The translations under genes were made by a program, and so were the position numbers. 64,000 nt of DNA. It comes from Malacoraja senta (lineage: Eukaryota). Positions 26,701-40,700 of this stretch are shown piece after piece (position 1 is the stretch's first letter; every line of letters starts with the position of its first letter). The DNA is taken from assembly GCA_038087875.1 (NCBI GenBank), contig JAXLNO010000252.1:62001-126000 (forward strand). Direction: 5' to 3'. The notes beneath the pieces are model-generated. The model saw only the letters and a program-made list of their open reading frames with translations. It made no database searches and was not told the DNA's origin.

Positions 26701-27856
26701 AGTGCAGGTAGATGGGACTAGGGGGAAGTTAAAAAAAAAATTTTTTAAGTGTTCGGCACGGACTTGAAGCGCCGAGATGGCCTGTTTCCGTGCTGTAATG
26801 GTTATATGGTTATATGGTTAGATGCGGCATAGACGGAGGAATTGGGAGTAGGGGATAGAGTCTTTGCATGAAGCAGGATAGGGAGAAGTGTTGTCGAGAT
26901 AGTTGTGGCAATAAGTGGGTTTGTAATAGACATCTATCAATAGTCTATTTCCTGTGATGGAGACAGTGAGATCAAGAAAGGGGAGGGAGGTGTCGGTGAT
27001 GGTTCAAGTAAATTTGATTGTAGGAGGGAAATTAGTGGTGAAGTTGATGGTCCATGATTTGTGCATGGGTAAAGGAGGTAGCACCAATGCAGTCATCAAT
27101 GTAATGGAGATATAGTTCGGGGATAGGGCCTTGGATTTGGAGGAAGTGGGAGGATTCGAAGGAGGTTATTAAGAGTGAGAACCAGCTCCGCTAGGCGAAG
27201 TAGTGTTAGTAGAGAGAAATTGGATGGTTCTGCGGTCGAGGAAGAAATGGTGGACTTTAAGGCCTTCCTGGTGGGGGATAGAGGTGTAGAGTGAATGAAT
27301 GTCCATGGTAAAGAAGAGGGGGTGGGGGCTCTGAAAGCAGAAGTCATTAAAGAGATGAAGGGCATGTGAGGTATCTAGGACATAGGTCGGTAGGGATTGG
27401 ACCAGGGGGGATAGGATGGAGTCGAGGTACGTGGAAATCATTTCAGTAGGGCAGGAGCAGGCAGAAACAATGGATCTGCTAGGGCAGTTGTGTTTATGGA
27501 TTTTGTGGGGAAGTTCAAACAGGGCTGTGCGAGGCTGGGAAATTATAAGGTGTTATGTGTCAGGTGTACGACATAAACATGTCAAAAACAAGAATATGGA
27601 AAATGTATAAGCATTACCTCGCTTGAAGTCCTCAGATATTTCTTTGAATATGGTGTTGAACGAAACAGAGCAATACAACTTTTCAATCGGCAAGGCTTCA
27701 TCTACCACCGACAGTGGTTTGGCTTCATCACGAACCCTGGAAATATTTAACAGCTGGTTATAAACTGAGCATTAGAAATGTTTTGCGTTGTTCCACAAAA
27801 ACATACAATGTTTCCATCAAGACAATGTCCTACCTTCGCTTGCGCCCAGCTTCCTC
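17765..27856 (-). CDS. TRIM-B (partial): exon 4 27834-27856, exon 5 27618-27736, PRY-SPRY/B30.2 exon 6 17765-18294; exons 1-3 absent at the assembly gap
   Basis: Open, in-phase exons of 23, 119 and 530 bp with GT-AG boundaries. [19 protein letters not shown]...GRHYWEV...[11 protein letters not shown]...LYPFFGP is a B30.2 domain. Colinear inverted copy of TRIM-C exons 4-6. Confidence 0.88.
22240..27550 (-). mobile_element. Degraded Penelope-like element (RT plus GIY-YIG), split by a CR1 at 23031-26819
   Basis: [18 protein letters not shown] (RT) and [31 protein letters not shown] (GIY-YIG). Confidence 0.82.
23100..26819 (+). mobile_element. Near full-length CR1-type LINE (ORF1 SGNH esterase, APE endonuclease, RT), frameshifted
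   Basis: IVIGDSMV, VHIGTND, DGLHLN (esterase); AISETWL, VGDFNFP, SCDHN (APE); KYADDTK (RT); (GGTTATAT)n tail; AGATGC TSD. Confidence 0.92.
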
Positions 27857-28283
27857 CTGAAAGAAATAAAACACAAATCTCAATTGATTGAGATGGACCA
27901 TCCTCATCCCGACAGCGGGAATTTCACCAAATTTCTGTAACCCTCTGATAAATCCCATTTCCCAACTCTTATCGCCACTGTCATGCAGACAGAAAGCGGA
28001 TATTGCCGCCGAGATGTAGAACAATGGGGGAAAACACAAGGAATGTTCATGAGAATGACGCCATAACTGAGAGGATGGAACTTAATGAAAAGACTGGGCA
28101 GGTCATGGGATTTCATCTAGTGAAGATGTCAGGAATGATGAGACAGATTTTAATATTATCGGTGGATTTAAATGGGTGGGGATGAAATAATATCTCAAAT
28201 CGAAAGGGAGACCAATAAATAAAGCTGATAGGTAATGTGGTCTTCAATAAATAGTGAAAGGAATGTAGTCATGAGAACTTGGA

Positions 28284-28864
28284 TCGTGAGACCACATCTG
28301 GAGTATTGTGTCCAGTTTTGGTCTCCTAATTTGAGGAAGGACATTCTTTTGATTGAGGCAGTGCAGCGTAGGTTCATGAGGTTGATCCCTGGGATGGCGG
28401 GACTGTCATATGAGGAAAGATTGAAAAGACTAGGCTTGTATTCACTGGAGTTTAGAAGGATGAGGGGGATCTTATAGAAACATATAAAATTATAAAAGGA
28501 CTGGACAAGCTAGATGTAGGAAAAATGTTCCCAATGTTGGGCAAGTCCAGAACCAAGGGCCACAGCCTTAGAATAAAGTGGAAGTCATTTAAGATTGAGG
28601 TGAGAAAAAACTTTTCCACCCAGAGAGTTGTGAATTTGTGGAATTCCCTGCCACAGAGGGCAGTGGAGGCCAAGTCACTGGATGGATTTAAGAGAGAGTT
28701 AGATAGAGCTCTAGGGGCTAGTGGAGTCAGGGGATATGGGGAGAAGGCAGGCACGGGTTATTGATTGGGGACGATCAGCCATGACGACAATGAATGGCGG
28801 TGCTGGCTCGAAGGGCCGAATGGCCTCCTCCTGCACCTATTTTCTATGTTTCAATGTTTCTGTG
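28284..28864 (+). mobile_element. CR1 3' fragment in TRIM-B intron 3 (paralog at 38270-38847 minus)
   Basis: [14 protein letters not shown]...[14 protein letters not shown] plus 3' UTR and tail. Confidence 0.85.
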
Positions 28865-29203
28865 ACCTCACTTGCATTGAAGGGACTGAAGCCAACAGCA
28901 GAGGTAAATTTAAGGGCAAGCGGGATAAACACGTGAGCGCTCCTGGAATTCAGGGTGTTGTTACCGGGTGTAGAGAGTAGATGGGAGCGATGATGAGTGG
29001 AGCAGAATACTTGACTGGATAGGATGGGCCGAATGGCCTGTCTATGATGTAGAATGGGATGTCATTCTACGGTGAAACAAGGTGGACAAAACAAACAGAG
29101 CAAATTCCCCCAAGGTGACCACCCACTGCTGATGGGAACTGGATATAGATGATCAATCTGATGTGTGCGCCACGTTCTAGATTTCAATGTTAATCCCCAC
29201 AAT

Positions 29204-32200
29204 AGAAACATAGAAAATATGTGCAGGAGGAGGCCATTCGGCCCTTCGAGCCAGCACCGCCATTCATTGTATTCATGGCTGATCGTCCCCTATAAGTAAC
29301 CGGTGCCTGCCTTCTCGCCATATCCCTTGACTCCACTAGCCCCTAGAGCTCTATCTAACTCTCTCTTAAATCCATCCAGTGACTTGGCCTCCACTGCCCT
29401 CTGTGGCAGGGAATTCCATAAATACACAACTCTCTGGGTGAAAACGTTTTTTCTCACCTCAGTCTTAAATGAACTCCCCTTTTTTCTAAGACTGTGGGCC
29501 CTGGTTCAGGACTCGCCCAACATTGGGAACATTTTTTCTTCATCTAGCTTGTCCAGTCCTTTTATAATTTTATATGTTTTCTATGATCCCCCTTCATTCA
29601 GATTCAGATTCAACTTTATCGTCAATGTGCAGTGTACAGTACAGAGACAACGAAATGCAGTAAGTATCTCCCTAGAAGAGCGACATAAATATGAGCAATA
29701 AATAAATCTATTTTCGTGCATACAGTCATAGTTTTTTTTCCTGGTGGGAGGAGTGTCCGGGGAGGGGGGGGGGGTGATTGGCAGTCACCGAGGTACAGTG
29801 TTGAGTAGTGTAACAGCCGCAGGGAAAAAGCTGTTCCTGGACCTGCTGGTCCGGCAACGGATAGCCCTGTAGCGCCTCCCAGATGGTAGGAGGGTAAACA
29901 GTCTGCATACTTGATGATGGTGTCAGTACCATGTACAGGTGTGCTGTCATAGGTGAAGAGGGAGTAGAGGAGGGGTTTCAGCACCCAGCCATGTGGAACG
30001 CCGGTTTTCAGGGTGAGGGTTGAAGAGGTGTGCTTGTCTCACCTAACAGACTGGGGTCTGTTGGTTAGAAAGTCCAGTATCCAGGTGCAGAGGGAGGGGT
30101 CGATGCCCAGGTCACCGAGTTTGGTGATCAGTTTAGAGGGTATGATGGTGTTGAATGCTGAGCTGTAATCAATGAACAGCATTCTTACGTAATTGTCTCT
30201 GTTGTCGAGGTGGGAGAGGGCGGAGTGAAGTGCTGTTGAGATGGCATCCTCCGTACTCCTGTTCTTGCGGTAGGCAAACTGATAGGGATCCAATGTGGGG
30301 GGTAGGCAGCCTTTGAGGTGTGCCAGGACCAGCCTCTCGAAGCACTTGCCGATGATGGGAGTAAGTGCAACTGGGCGGAAGTCGTTGAGGCTTGCCGCAG
30401 TGGAGTGTTTTGGCACCGGCACGATGGAGGTGGATTTAAAGCACGTGGGCACAACTGCTTGGGCAAGTGACAGGTTGAAGATGTCAGTCCAGACGTCTGT
30501 CAGCTACGCAGCACAGGCCCTGAGGACGCACCCGGGGATGCCGTCAGGGCCAGCAGCCTTGTGTGCATTAGTCCTACTCAGTGCCAGGTACACGTCGTAG
30601 GGGGTGAGTGTGAGGGGCTGGTGATCGGCAGGGAGCACCGCCTTGATGGCCATATCTAGATTGTCCCTGTCAAAGCGGCCATAGAAGTGGTTAAGCTCCT
30701 CAAGGAAGGAGGCGTTGCTGGATGTGGGGGTGGTGTTGGTGGGTCTAAAGTCCGTGATGCCTGGATGCCTTGCCAGATGCGTCGGGGATCAGAGTTGTTG
30801 TTGAAGTGCTCCACAATCCTAAGCTTATGGCAGTGCTTGGCCTTCTTGATGCCCCTCTTCAGGTTAGCCCTGGATGAACTGTAGGCTCGGGCATCGCTTG
30901 ACCTGAAAGCGGTGTCCCGTGCTTTCAGCAGTAGCCTGACCTCGCTGTTCATACATGGCTTCTGATTCGGGAATATGGTCACCCGTTTGCGGGAGGTGAC
31001 ACTGTTGATGGTGGTGTTTATAAAGTCCAGAACAGAGGATGTATGGGAGTCAATGTCCATTCTAAACTCATCCTTCTAAACTCCAGTGAATACAAGCCTA
31101 GTCTTTTCAATCTTTTCTCATATGACAGTCCCGCCACCCCAGGGATCAATCTCGTGAACCTACGCTGCACTGCCTCAATCACAAGGATGTCATTCCTCAA
31201 ATTAGGAGACCAAAACTGTACACAATACTCCCATATGTGGTCTCACCAGAGCCCTATACAACTGCAGAAGAACCTCTTTACTCCTATACTGAAATCCTCT
31301 TGTTATGAAGGCCAACATTCCATTAGCTTTCTTCACTGCATGCTCTACCTGCACGCCAACTTTCAGTGACCGGTGTACAAGGACACCCAGGTCTCGCTGT
31401 ACCTCCCCCTTACCTAACCTAACCCCATTGAGATAATAATCTGCCCCCTTGTTTTTGCCGCCAAAGTGGATAACCTCACAATTATCTATATTATACTGCA
31501 TCTGCCACGCATCTGCCCACTCACTCAACCTGTCCAGGTCACCCTGCAACCTCCTAACATCCTCTTCACAGTTCACTCTGCCACCCAGATTTGTGTCATC
31601 CGCAAACTTGCTAGTGTTGCTCCTAATTCCCTCTTCCAAATCAATAATATATATATGGTAAACAGTTGCAGCCCCAACACCGAGCCTTGTAGCACTCCAC
31701 TCGCAACTACATGTCATTCTGAAAAGGACACATTCACTCCTACACTGCCAACCAATTTTCTATCCATGTCAACACCCTACCCCCAATACCACGTGCTCTA
31801 ATTTTAGTTACCAGTCTCCCGTGCTGGACCTTATCAAAGGCTTTCTGAAAGTCTAGATACACTACATCCACTGGCACCCCTTCATCCATTTTACTTGTCA
31901 CATCCTCAAAAAATTCCAGAAGATTTGTCAAACATGATTTCCCTTTCATAAATCCATGTTGACTTAGACTAATCCTTTTACCGCTATTCAAATGCCCCAC
32001 TATTACTTCTTTAATAATTGACTCCAGCATCTTTCCCACCACCGACGTCACGCTAACTGGTCTGTAATTCCCCGTTTTCTCTCTCGCTCATTTCTTGAAA
32101 AGTGGGATAACATTAACTGATCCTGAATCTATTGAACATTGGAAAATGATCACCAATGCATCCACTATTGCTAGAGCCACCTCCCTGAGGACCCTGGGAT

Positions 32201-32720
32201 ACAGACCATCAGGCCTAGGGGATTTATCATCCTTCAGTCCCATTAGCCTACCGAATACTTTTCTCGCCTAATGAAAATTTATTTCAGTTCCTCTACCCCC
32301 TTAGATCCTCTGTCCTCCAGTACATCTGGGAGATTGTTTGTGCCTTCCTTAGTGAAGACAGATCCAAAGTACCTATTCAACTCTTCTGCCATTTCCTTGT
32401 TGCCTATCATAATTTCACCCGTGTCTGCCTTCAAGGGAACCACATTTGACTTTGCTACTCTTTTTCCCTTAACATATCTAAAGAAGCTTTTACTGTCCTT
32501 ATTTATATTCCTGGCCAGCTTCCCCTCATACATCATCTTTTCAGCCCATATTGCCCGTTTTGTTTCATTCTGTTGTCCTATGAAATTTTCCCAATCCTCT
32601 GTCTTCCGGCTACTCTTTGCTGTGTTATACATCTTTTCTTTTAGTTTTATTCTATCCCTAACTTCTCTTGTCAGCCACGGTTGCCTCCTACTCCCCTTAG
32701 AATCTTTCTTCCTTTTTGGT
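29204..32720 (-). mobile_element. CR1 LINE in TRIM-B intron 3, with nested Rex1 fragment
   Basis: CR1 RT motifs; flanked by CACAAT TSD (29198-29203 and 32721-32726). Confidence 0.85.
29595..31060 (-). mobile_element. Rex1/Babar-type LINE, internally deleted, nested in CR1
   Basis: [30 protein letters not shown]; (TGAATC)n tail near 29595-29612. Confidence 0.82.
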
Positions 32721-32838
32721 CACAATGTGGTCATGACTGATCTAGCCCAGGACTGAACTCCTCCTCTTTGCCCTATTCCCTTCAATTACAATCCCCAAAA
32801 TGTTCTAAAATGTATCTTCCTCTGGTTTAAATAGGTCT

Positions 32839-33038
32839 NNNNNNNNNNNNNNNNNNNNNNNNNNNNNNNNNNNNNNNNNNNNNNNNNNNNNNNNNNNNNN
32901 NNNNNNNNNNNNNNNNNNNNNNNNNNNNNNNNNNNNNNNNNNNNNNNNNNNNNNNNNNNNNNNNNNNNNNNNNNNNNNNNNNNNNNNNNNNNNNNNNNNN
33001 NNNNNNNNNNNNNNNNNNNNNNNNNNNNNNNNNNNNNN
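32839..33038. other. Assembly gap (200 N)
   Basis: Run of 200 n; the round number suggests an unsized scaffolding gap. Confidence 0.98.
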
Positions 33039-33609
33039 AGAGTGAATGGGCGACGTTTCGGGTCGAGATTTTTCTTCTACCCATTCCTTCTCTCCAGAGA
33101 TGCTGCTTGTCCCGCTGAGTTACTCCAGCATTTTGTGTCTAACTTTGGTTTAAACCCGCATCTGCAGTTCCTTCCTATACAAAATTATGATGTATCCCCT
33201 ATCTTTCCAGAGTTATAGAGGACCAATAAGTCGGAGTGGGAGTAGGATTGAGAATTACAGTGACCGGCAACGGGAAGTTCAGGGTGGTCGCATGGAGTAA
33301 ACGCACGTGGTCACCCAACCAGCGTTTGATATCTACAATGAAATCATCTTTGAGTTAAAAATGTGTAGGAAGGAACTACAGATCATGTATTATGACGGAG
33401 GGGCGGGGGGGGTGGAGGTTCAGAGAGAAGGGTGGGTGGGGGGTCGATGAGGTATGAAGAAGGGTCTCGACCAGGTCCGTCACCCATTCCTTCTTTCCAG
33501 AGGCGACTGCCAGTCCCGCTGAGCTACTCCAGCATTTCGTGTCGATCTTGAAGTTAAAAACACAGCTCTGTTAACAAACAGTACAGAGTGTAAGTGCTGT
33601 CACCTCATC

Positions 33610-34080
33610 CTGCAGGCGGGACTGACATACTGTATGATGAAAGAATGGGTCGACTGGGCTTGTATTCACTGGAATTTAGAAGGATGAGAGGAAGATCTTA
33701 TAGAAACATTTTACATTCTTAAGGGATTAGACAGGCTAGAGGCAGGAAACATGTTGCCGATGTTGGGGGAGTCCAGAACCAGGGGTCTCAGTTTAAGTAT
33801 AAGGGGTAGGCCATTTACAACGGAGATGTGGAAAAACTTCTTCACCCAGACAGTTGTGAATCTGTGGAATTCTCTGCCACGGTGGACAGTGGAGGCCGGT
33901 TCTCTGGATGTTTTCAAGAGAGTTAGATATAGCTCTTAGGGCTGACGGAATCAAGGGATATGGGAGAAAAAGCAGGAACGGTGCACTGATTTTAGATGAT
34001 CAGCCATGACCATATTGAATGGCGGTGCTGTCTCGAGGCGCCGAATGGCCTACTACTGCACTATTTTCTATGTTTTTATG
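33610..34080 (+). mobile_element. CR1 3' fragment
   Basis: [14 protein letters not shown] and the typical 3' UTR. Confidence 0.78.
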
Positions 34081-34760
34081 ACCCGCTGAGTTACTCCAGC
34101 ACGTTGTGTCAGTCCAGAGTCATAGAGTGATACAGTGTAGAAACAGGCCCGTCGGCCCAACTTGCCCACACGGGCCAACATGTTCCAGCTGCTCCATTCC
34201 CACCTGCCTTCGCTTGGTCCATATCCCTCCAAACCTGTCCTATCCATTTAACTGTTTTTTTAAACGATGGGACATTCCCAGCCTCAACCACCTGCTCTGG
34301 CGTCTATCTGAAGAAGGGTCTCGACCGCAAACGTCACCCTTTCCTTCTCTCCAGAGATGCTGGCTGTCCCGCTGAGTTACTCCAGCTGTTTGTGCCAATC
34401 TTCGGTTTAAACCAGCATCTGCAGTTCCTTCATACACATACCTCCTCTGGCAGCCTGTTCCATACACCCATCATCATTTGTGGGAAAAAGTTACCCCTCG
34501 GATTCTTAGCAACCTTTTTCCCTTCACTTTGAACCTATGTCTGGTCCTCAATTCCCACACTCTGGGCAAGAGACTGCATCCACCCAAATTCTGCGCTTTC
34601 GTCTATATTCAGGCCGGTTTAATGTCTAACTGACTCCTCCCTCATGTGATTAGTTGGGAGTGGCCAGGACACTGAACACTTGCAGCCAAATAACATTCAT
34701 TCCCCCGAGACAGCAGCGCGCGCAGTGGAAAACACTTTGAACCAGGAAGTGGAGGTTAAA

Positions 34761-37700
34761 ATGGCTGCGAAAGACAGGTTCGAGAGTTTAACCGAGGAGA
34801 TAATTTGTCCCATCTGCCTGGATTTCTTCACCGATCCGGTGATACTGGAGTGTGGGCACAACTTCTGCCGCTCCTGTATCACACAGAGTTGGGACAGGGA
34901 GGGGAGAAACTGCTGCCCGGAATGTAGAGAGGAGTTTACAGACCGCACCCTCAAGGTGAATCGGGCCTTGGCGAGTCTGGCTGAGAAAGCTCCAACACTG
35001 AGCCGGAATCAGACAGAGAAGGAAAGTAAACTTCAGTGCGAGGAACATCAGGAAGAACTGAAGCTGTTTTGTGAAACTGACAAGAAGCTGATCTGTGTGG
35101 TTTGTCGAGATGCGCGGGAACACAAGTCTCACAACTTCATGCCGGTTAAAGAAGCTGTTCAAATATACAAGGTAAATGCAAACCGATTTTAATCACATCA
35201 TTTTAATTCCTTCTTTATTGTTCAACAGTTTAATTCTCTGATTTTCAAACACAATCCCAGGATCAGGTGAAATCTTCCTTCGAATCTCTCACAAAAAAGG
35301 AATCAGAGATCCAGCAAATGGAGCAGCAACAGAAGCAGAAGATTTCTGGAGTTCTGGTGAGGCTTTCCAGTTTTGATTTCCTGATCTTGTGTAGATTTGA
35401 TCCCTGTGATGCGTGTAATAATAGGGCAGCGCAGTGACACAAGTAGTGCTGCTGTCGCCTAGTTCTGGTGAGCGGGTTCGATCCTGACCTCGGGTGCTGC
35501 CCGTGTGGTTCACGCCTTCTCCCTGTGACCGCGTCGGTTTCCTTCCACGTCCCCAATACACGCTGGTTCATGGTCAATCGGTGACTGTAAATTATCCCTG
35601 AGAATGTGGGTGGTGGGTCGATAAATGGGAATTAATGGGCACGTGAAAAGGAATTGGCAGCAGGGAATTGTATTGGGGTAGAGGATTGATGGGTTCTAAG
35701 ATTACCGTCACGATATTTCAGAAGCATTTAGACAAATAATTGATTTGCCAAAGCAAATAAAAAATGCACAGGACAAATGTCACGGTCAAAGTCGTGATGA
35801 AACACAATCAGTGACATTATATATTGATCTTCACCTTTCATTTCACAGGAACAGTCACACCACCTTCAGTCCAAGATCACATCCCAATTTGCTGAACAGC
35901 ACAAGATTCTCATTGAGAAAGAGCAGCGCGCACTGGCAGATATCCAAGGGGAAGAGAAGAAGATTCTAAATACAATGGAGAAAAATCTTGGAGAGATTCA
36001 AGAGAATTTAAAATCTATTCAGGAGGAACTTTTAAAGCTGCAGCAACAGATGGATCAAAAAGACAGTGTGGTGTTTCTGAAGGTGAGGGGTTACACTACA
36101 GTATGGTGAAGTGAAAATGGTGGGTGACATTTCAGAAATAAATGCTGCATTTATCAGTAATTCAGAACTAGTTAAATGTTTAATCTGTTTCAGCTGTTGT
36201 TGTTCCCAAACTAATTGGTCTCCCGCATAATCTATGGGATCTCAAGACTGCCTGGCTGGAATGTAGGGAGGTGTTTGTGTTCTGTAGCGTTTAGAACAAT
36301 GATGGGTGATCCTATATCTGATCCCAAGGGCCACGAATGGACAGAGGGCAGTGAATATCTGGGAGTCTCCAACCAAGAGACTCTGAGAGGTTTAACATGT
36401 TAGACATATTTAAACCAGAGGAGGATACATTTTAGAACATTTGGGGATTGTAATTGAAGGCAATGGGGCAAAGAGGAGGAGTTCAGTCCTGGGCTAGATC
36501 AGCCATGACCACATTGTGACCAAAAAAGGAAGAAAGATTCTAAGGGGAGTAGGAGGCAACCGTGGCTGACAAGAGAAGTTAGGGATAGAATAAAACTAAA
36601 AGAAAAGATGTATAACACAGCAAAGAGTAGCCGGAAGCCAGAGGATTGGGAAACTTTCATAGGACAACAGAAGGAAACAAAACGGGCAATACGGGCTGAA
36701 AAGATGAAGTACAAGGGGAAGCTGGCCAGGAATATAAAGAAGGACAGTAAAAGCTTCTTTAGATATGTTAAGGGAAAAAGAGTTACAATGTCAAATGTGG
36801 GTCCCTTGAAGGCAGACATGGGTGAAATTATTATAGGCAACAAGGAAATGGCAGAAGAGTTGAATAGGTACTTTGGATCTGTCTTCACTAAGGGAGACAC
36901 AAACAATCTCCCAGATGTACTGGAGGACAGAGGATCTAAGGGGGTAGATGAACTGAAAGAAATTTTCATTAGGCGAGAAATAGTATTGGGTAGGCTAATG
37001 CGACTGAAGGATGATAAATCCCCTGGGCCTGATGGTCTGCATCCCAGGGTCCTCAGGGAGGTGGCTCTAGAAATTGTGGACGCATTGGTGATCATTTTCC
37101 AATGTTCAATAGATTCAGGATCAGTTCCCGTGGATTGGAGGATAGCTAATGTTATCCCACTTTTCAAGAAAGGAGCGAGAGAGAAAACGGGGAATTACAG
37201 ACCAGTTAGCCTGACTTCGGTGGTGGGAAAGATGCTGGAGTCAATTATTAAAGAGGTAATAATGGGGCATTTGGATAGCGTTAAAAGGATTAGTCCAAGT
37301 CAACATGGATTTATGAAAGGGAAATCATGCTTGACTAATCTTCTGGAATTTTTTGAGGATGTGACAAGTAAAATAGATGAAGAGGTGCCAGTGGATGTAG
37401 TGTATCTAGACTTTCAGAAAGCCTTTGATAAGGTCCCGCACGGGAGACTGGTGACTAAAATTAGAGCACATGGTATTGGGGGTAGGGTGTTGACATGGAT
37501 AGAAAATTGGTTGGCAGTGTAGGAGTGAATGGGTCCTTTTTAGAATGGCAGGCAGTGGCGAGTGGAGTGCCGCAAGGACTGGACAAACTAGATGAAGAAA
37601 AATGTTCCCAATGTTGGGCGAGTCCAGAACCAGGGGCCACAGTCTTAGAATAAAGGGGAGGTCATTTAAGACTGAGGTGAGAAAAAACGTTTTCACCCAG

Positions 37701-40700
37701 AGTGTTGTGTATTTATGGAATTCCCTGCCACAGAGGTCAGTGGAGGCCAAGTCACTGGATGGATTTAAGAGAGAGTTAGATAGAGCTCTAGGGGCTAGTG
37801 GAGTCAAGGTAAATGGGGAGAAGGCAGGCACGGGTTATTGATAGGGGACGATCAGCCATGATTACAATGAATGGCGGTGCTGGCTCTAAGGGCCGAATGG
37901 CCTCCTCCTGCACCTATTTTCTATGTTTCTATTGTGGGGATTAACATTGAAATCTAGAACATGGCGCACACATCAGATTGATCATCTATATTCAGTTCCC
38001 ATCAGCAGTGGGTGGTCACCTTGGGGGAATTTGCTCAGTTTGTTTTGTCCACCTTGTTTCACTGTAGAATGACATCCCATTCTACATCATAGACAGGCCA
38101 TTCGGCCCATCCTATCCAGTCTAGTTTTCTGCACCACTCATCATCGCTCCCATCTACTCTCCACACCCTGTAACAATACCCCGAATTCCAGGAGCGCTCA
38201 TGTGTTTATCCCGCTTGCACTTAAATTTATCTCTGCTGTTGACTTCAGTCCCTTCAATGCAAGTGAGGTCATAGAAATGTAGAAACATAGAAAATAGGTG
38301 CAGGAGGAGGCCATTCGGCCCTTTGAGCCAGCACCGCCATTCATTGTCGTCATGGCTGATCGTCCCCAATCAATAACCGGTGCCTGCCTTCCCCCCATAT
38401 CCCCTGACACCACTAGCCCCTAGAGCTCTATCTAACTCTCTCTTAAATCCATCCAGTGACTTGGCTTCCACTGCCCTCTGGTAGGGAATTCCACAAATTC
38501 AAAACTCTGGCTGAAAAAGTTTTTTTCTCACCTCAGTCTTAAATGGCTTCCCCTTTATTCTAAGACTGTGGCCCATGGATCTGGACTCGCCCAACATTGG
38601 GAACATTTTTCCTGCATCTAGCTTGTCCAGTCCTTTTATATTTTTACATGTTTCTATAAGATCCCCCCTAATCCTTCTAAACACTAGTGAATACAAGCCT
38701 AGTCTTTTCAATCTTTCATCATATGACAGTCCCGCCATCCCAGGGATCAATCTCATGAACCTACGCTGCACTACCTCAATCACAAGGATTTCCTTCCTCA
38801 AATTAGGAGACCAAAACTGGACACAATACTCCAGATGTGGTCTCGCAGTCCATGTTTTCATGACTGCATTCCTTTCAGTCTTTATTGAAGACCACGTTAC
38901 ATTTCAGCTTTACTTATTGGTCTCCCTTTCGATTTGAGATATTATTTCATTCACACCCATTTAAATCCACCGATAATATTAAATTCTGTCCCATCATTCC
39001 TGACATCTTCTCTAGATGAAATCCCACGACCTGCCCAGTCTTTTCAGTAAGTTCCATCCTCTCAGTTATGCCGTCATTCTCATGAACATTCCTTGTGTTT
39101 TCCCCCATCGTTCCACATCTCGGCGGCAATATCCGCTTTCTGTCTGCATGACAGTGGCGATAAGAGTTGGGAAATGGGATTTATCAAAGGGTTACAGAAA
39201 TTTGGTGAAATTCCCGCTGTCGGGATGAGGATGGTCCATCTCAATCAATTGAGATTTGTGTTTTATTTCTTTCAGGAGGAAGCTGGGCGCAAGCGAAGGT
39301 AGGACATTGTCTTGATGAAAACATTGTATGTTTTTGTGGAACAGCGCAAAACATTTCTAATGCTCAGTTTATAACCAGCTGTTAAATATTTCCAGGGTTC
39401 GTGATGAAGCCAAACCACTGTCGGTGTTAGATGAAGCCTTCACGATTGAAAAGTTTCATTGCTCTGATTCGTTCAACACCATATTCAAAGGAATATCTGA
39501 GGACTTCAAGCGAGGTAATGCTTATACATTTTCCATATTCTTGTTTTTGACATGTTTATGCCTTACACCTGACACGTAACACCTTATAATTTCCCAGCCT
39601 CGCACAGCCCGGTTTGAACTTCCCCACAAAATCCATAAACACAACTGCCCTGGCAGATCCATTGTTTCTGCCTGCTCCTGCCCTACTGAAATGATTTCCA
39701 CGTACCCTCGACTCCATCCTATCCCCCCTGGTCCTATCCCTACTGACCTATGTCCAAGATACATAAGAGATTAGGATACAAACTTAAATCACACTGTATT
39801 GGGGGTTCAGTATTGATGTGGATAGAGAACTGGCTGGCAAACAGGAAGCAAAGAGTAGGAGTAAACGGGTCCTTTTCACAATGGCAGGCAGTGACTAGTG
39901 GGGTACCGCAAGGCTCAGTGCTGGGACACCAGCTATTTACAATTTATATTAATGATCTGGACGAGGGAATTGAAAGCAACATCTCCAAGTTTGCGGATGA
40001 CACTAAGCTGGGGGGCAGTGTTAGCTGTGAGGAGGATGCTAGGAGACTGCAAGGTGACTTGGATAGGCTGGGTGAGTGGGCAAATGTTTGGCAGATGCAG
40101 TATAATGCGGATAAATGTGAGGTTATCCACTTTGGTGGCAAAAACGGGAAGGCAGACTATTATCTAAATGGTGGCCGATTAGGAAATGGGGAGATGCAGC
40201 GAGACCTGGGTGTCATGGTACACCAGTCATTGAAAGTAGGCATGCAGGTGCAGCAGGCAGTGAAGAAAGCGAATGGTATGTTGGCCTTCATAGCAAGAGG
40301 ATTTGAGTACAGGAGCAGGGAGGTTCTACTGCAGTTGTACAGTGTCTTGGTGAGACCACACCTGGAGTATTGCGTACAGTTTTGGTCTCCAAATCTGAGG
40401 AAGGACATTATAGCCATAGAGGGAGTGCAGAGAAGGTTCACCAGACTGATTCCTGGGATGTCAGGACTTTCATATGAGGAAAGACTGGATAGACTTGGCT
40501 TATACTCGCTAGAATTTAGGAGATTGAGAGGGGATCTTATAGAAACGTACAAAATTCTTATGGGGTTGGACAGGCTAGATGCAGGAAGATTGTTCCCGAT
40601 GTTGGGGAAGTCCAGGACAAGGGGTCACAGCTTAAGGATAAGGGGGAAATCCTTTAAGACCGAGATGAGGAAAAACTTTTTCACACAGAGAGTGGTGAAT

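Larger units (their letters stand above)
16201..32838. repeat. Left arm of inverted segmental duplication (reverse complement of 36402-50079)
   Basis: Continuous colinear reverse-complement similarity across introns, exons and old TEs, interrupted only by arm-specific insertions and deletions. Confidence 0.92.

Noticed and set aside
1341..27856. Joining TRIM-A exons 1-3 with TRIM-B exons 4-6 as one gene
   Set aside because: The order on the minus strand is wrong, and the intron-3 insertion patterns differ.
34680..34760. N-terminal extension of TRIM-C from an upstream TTG
   Set aside because: The first ATG (34761, aaaATGG Kozak context) matches TRIM-A, and the upstream frame is not conserved.
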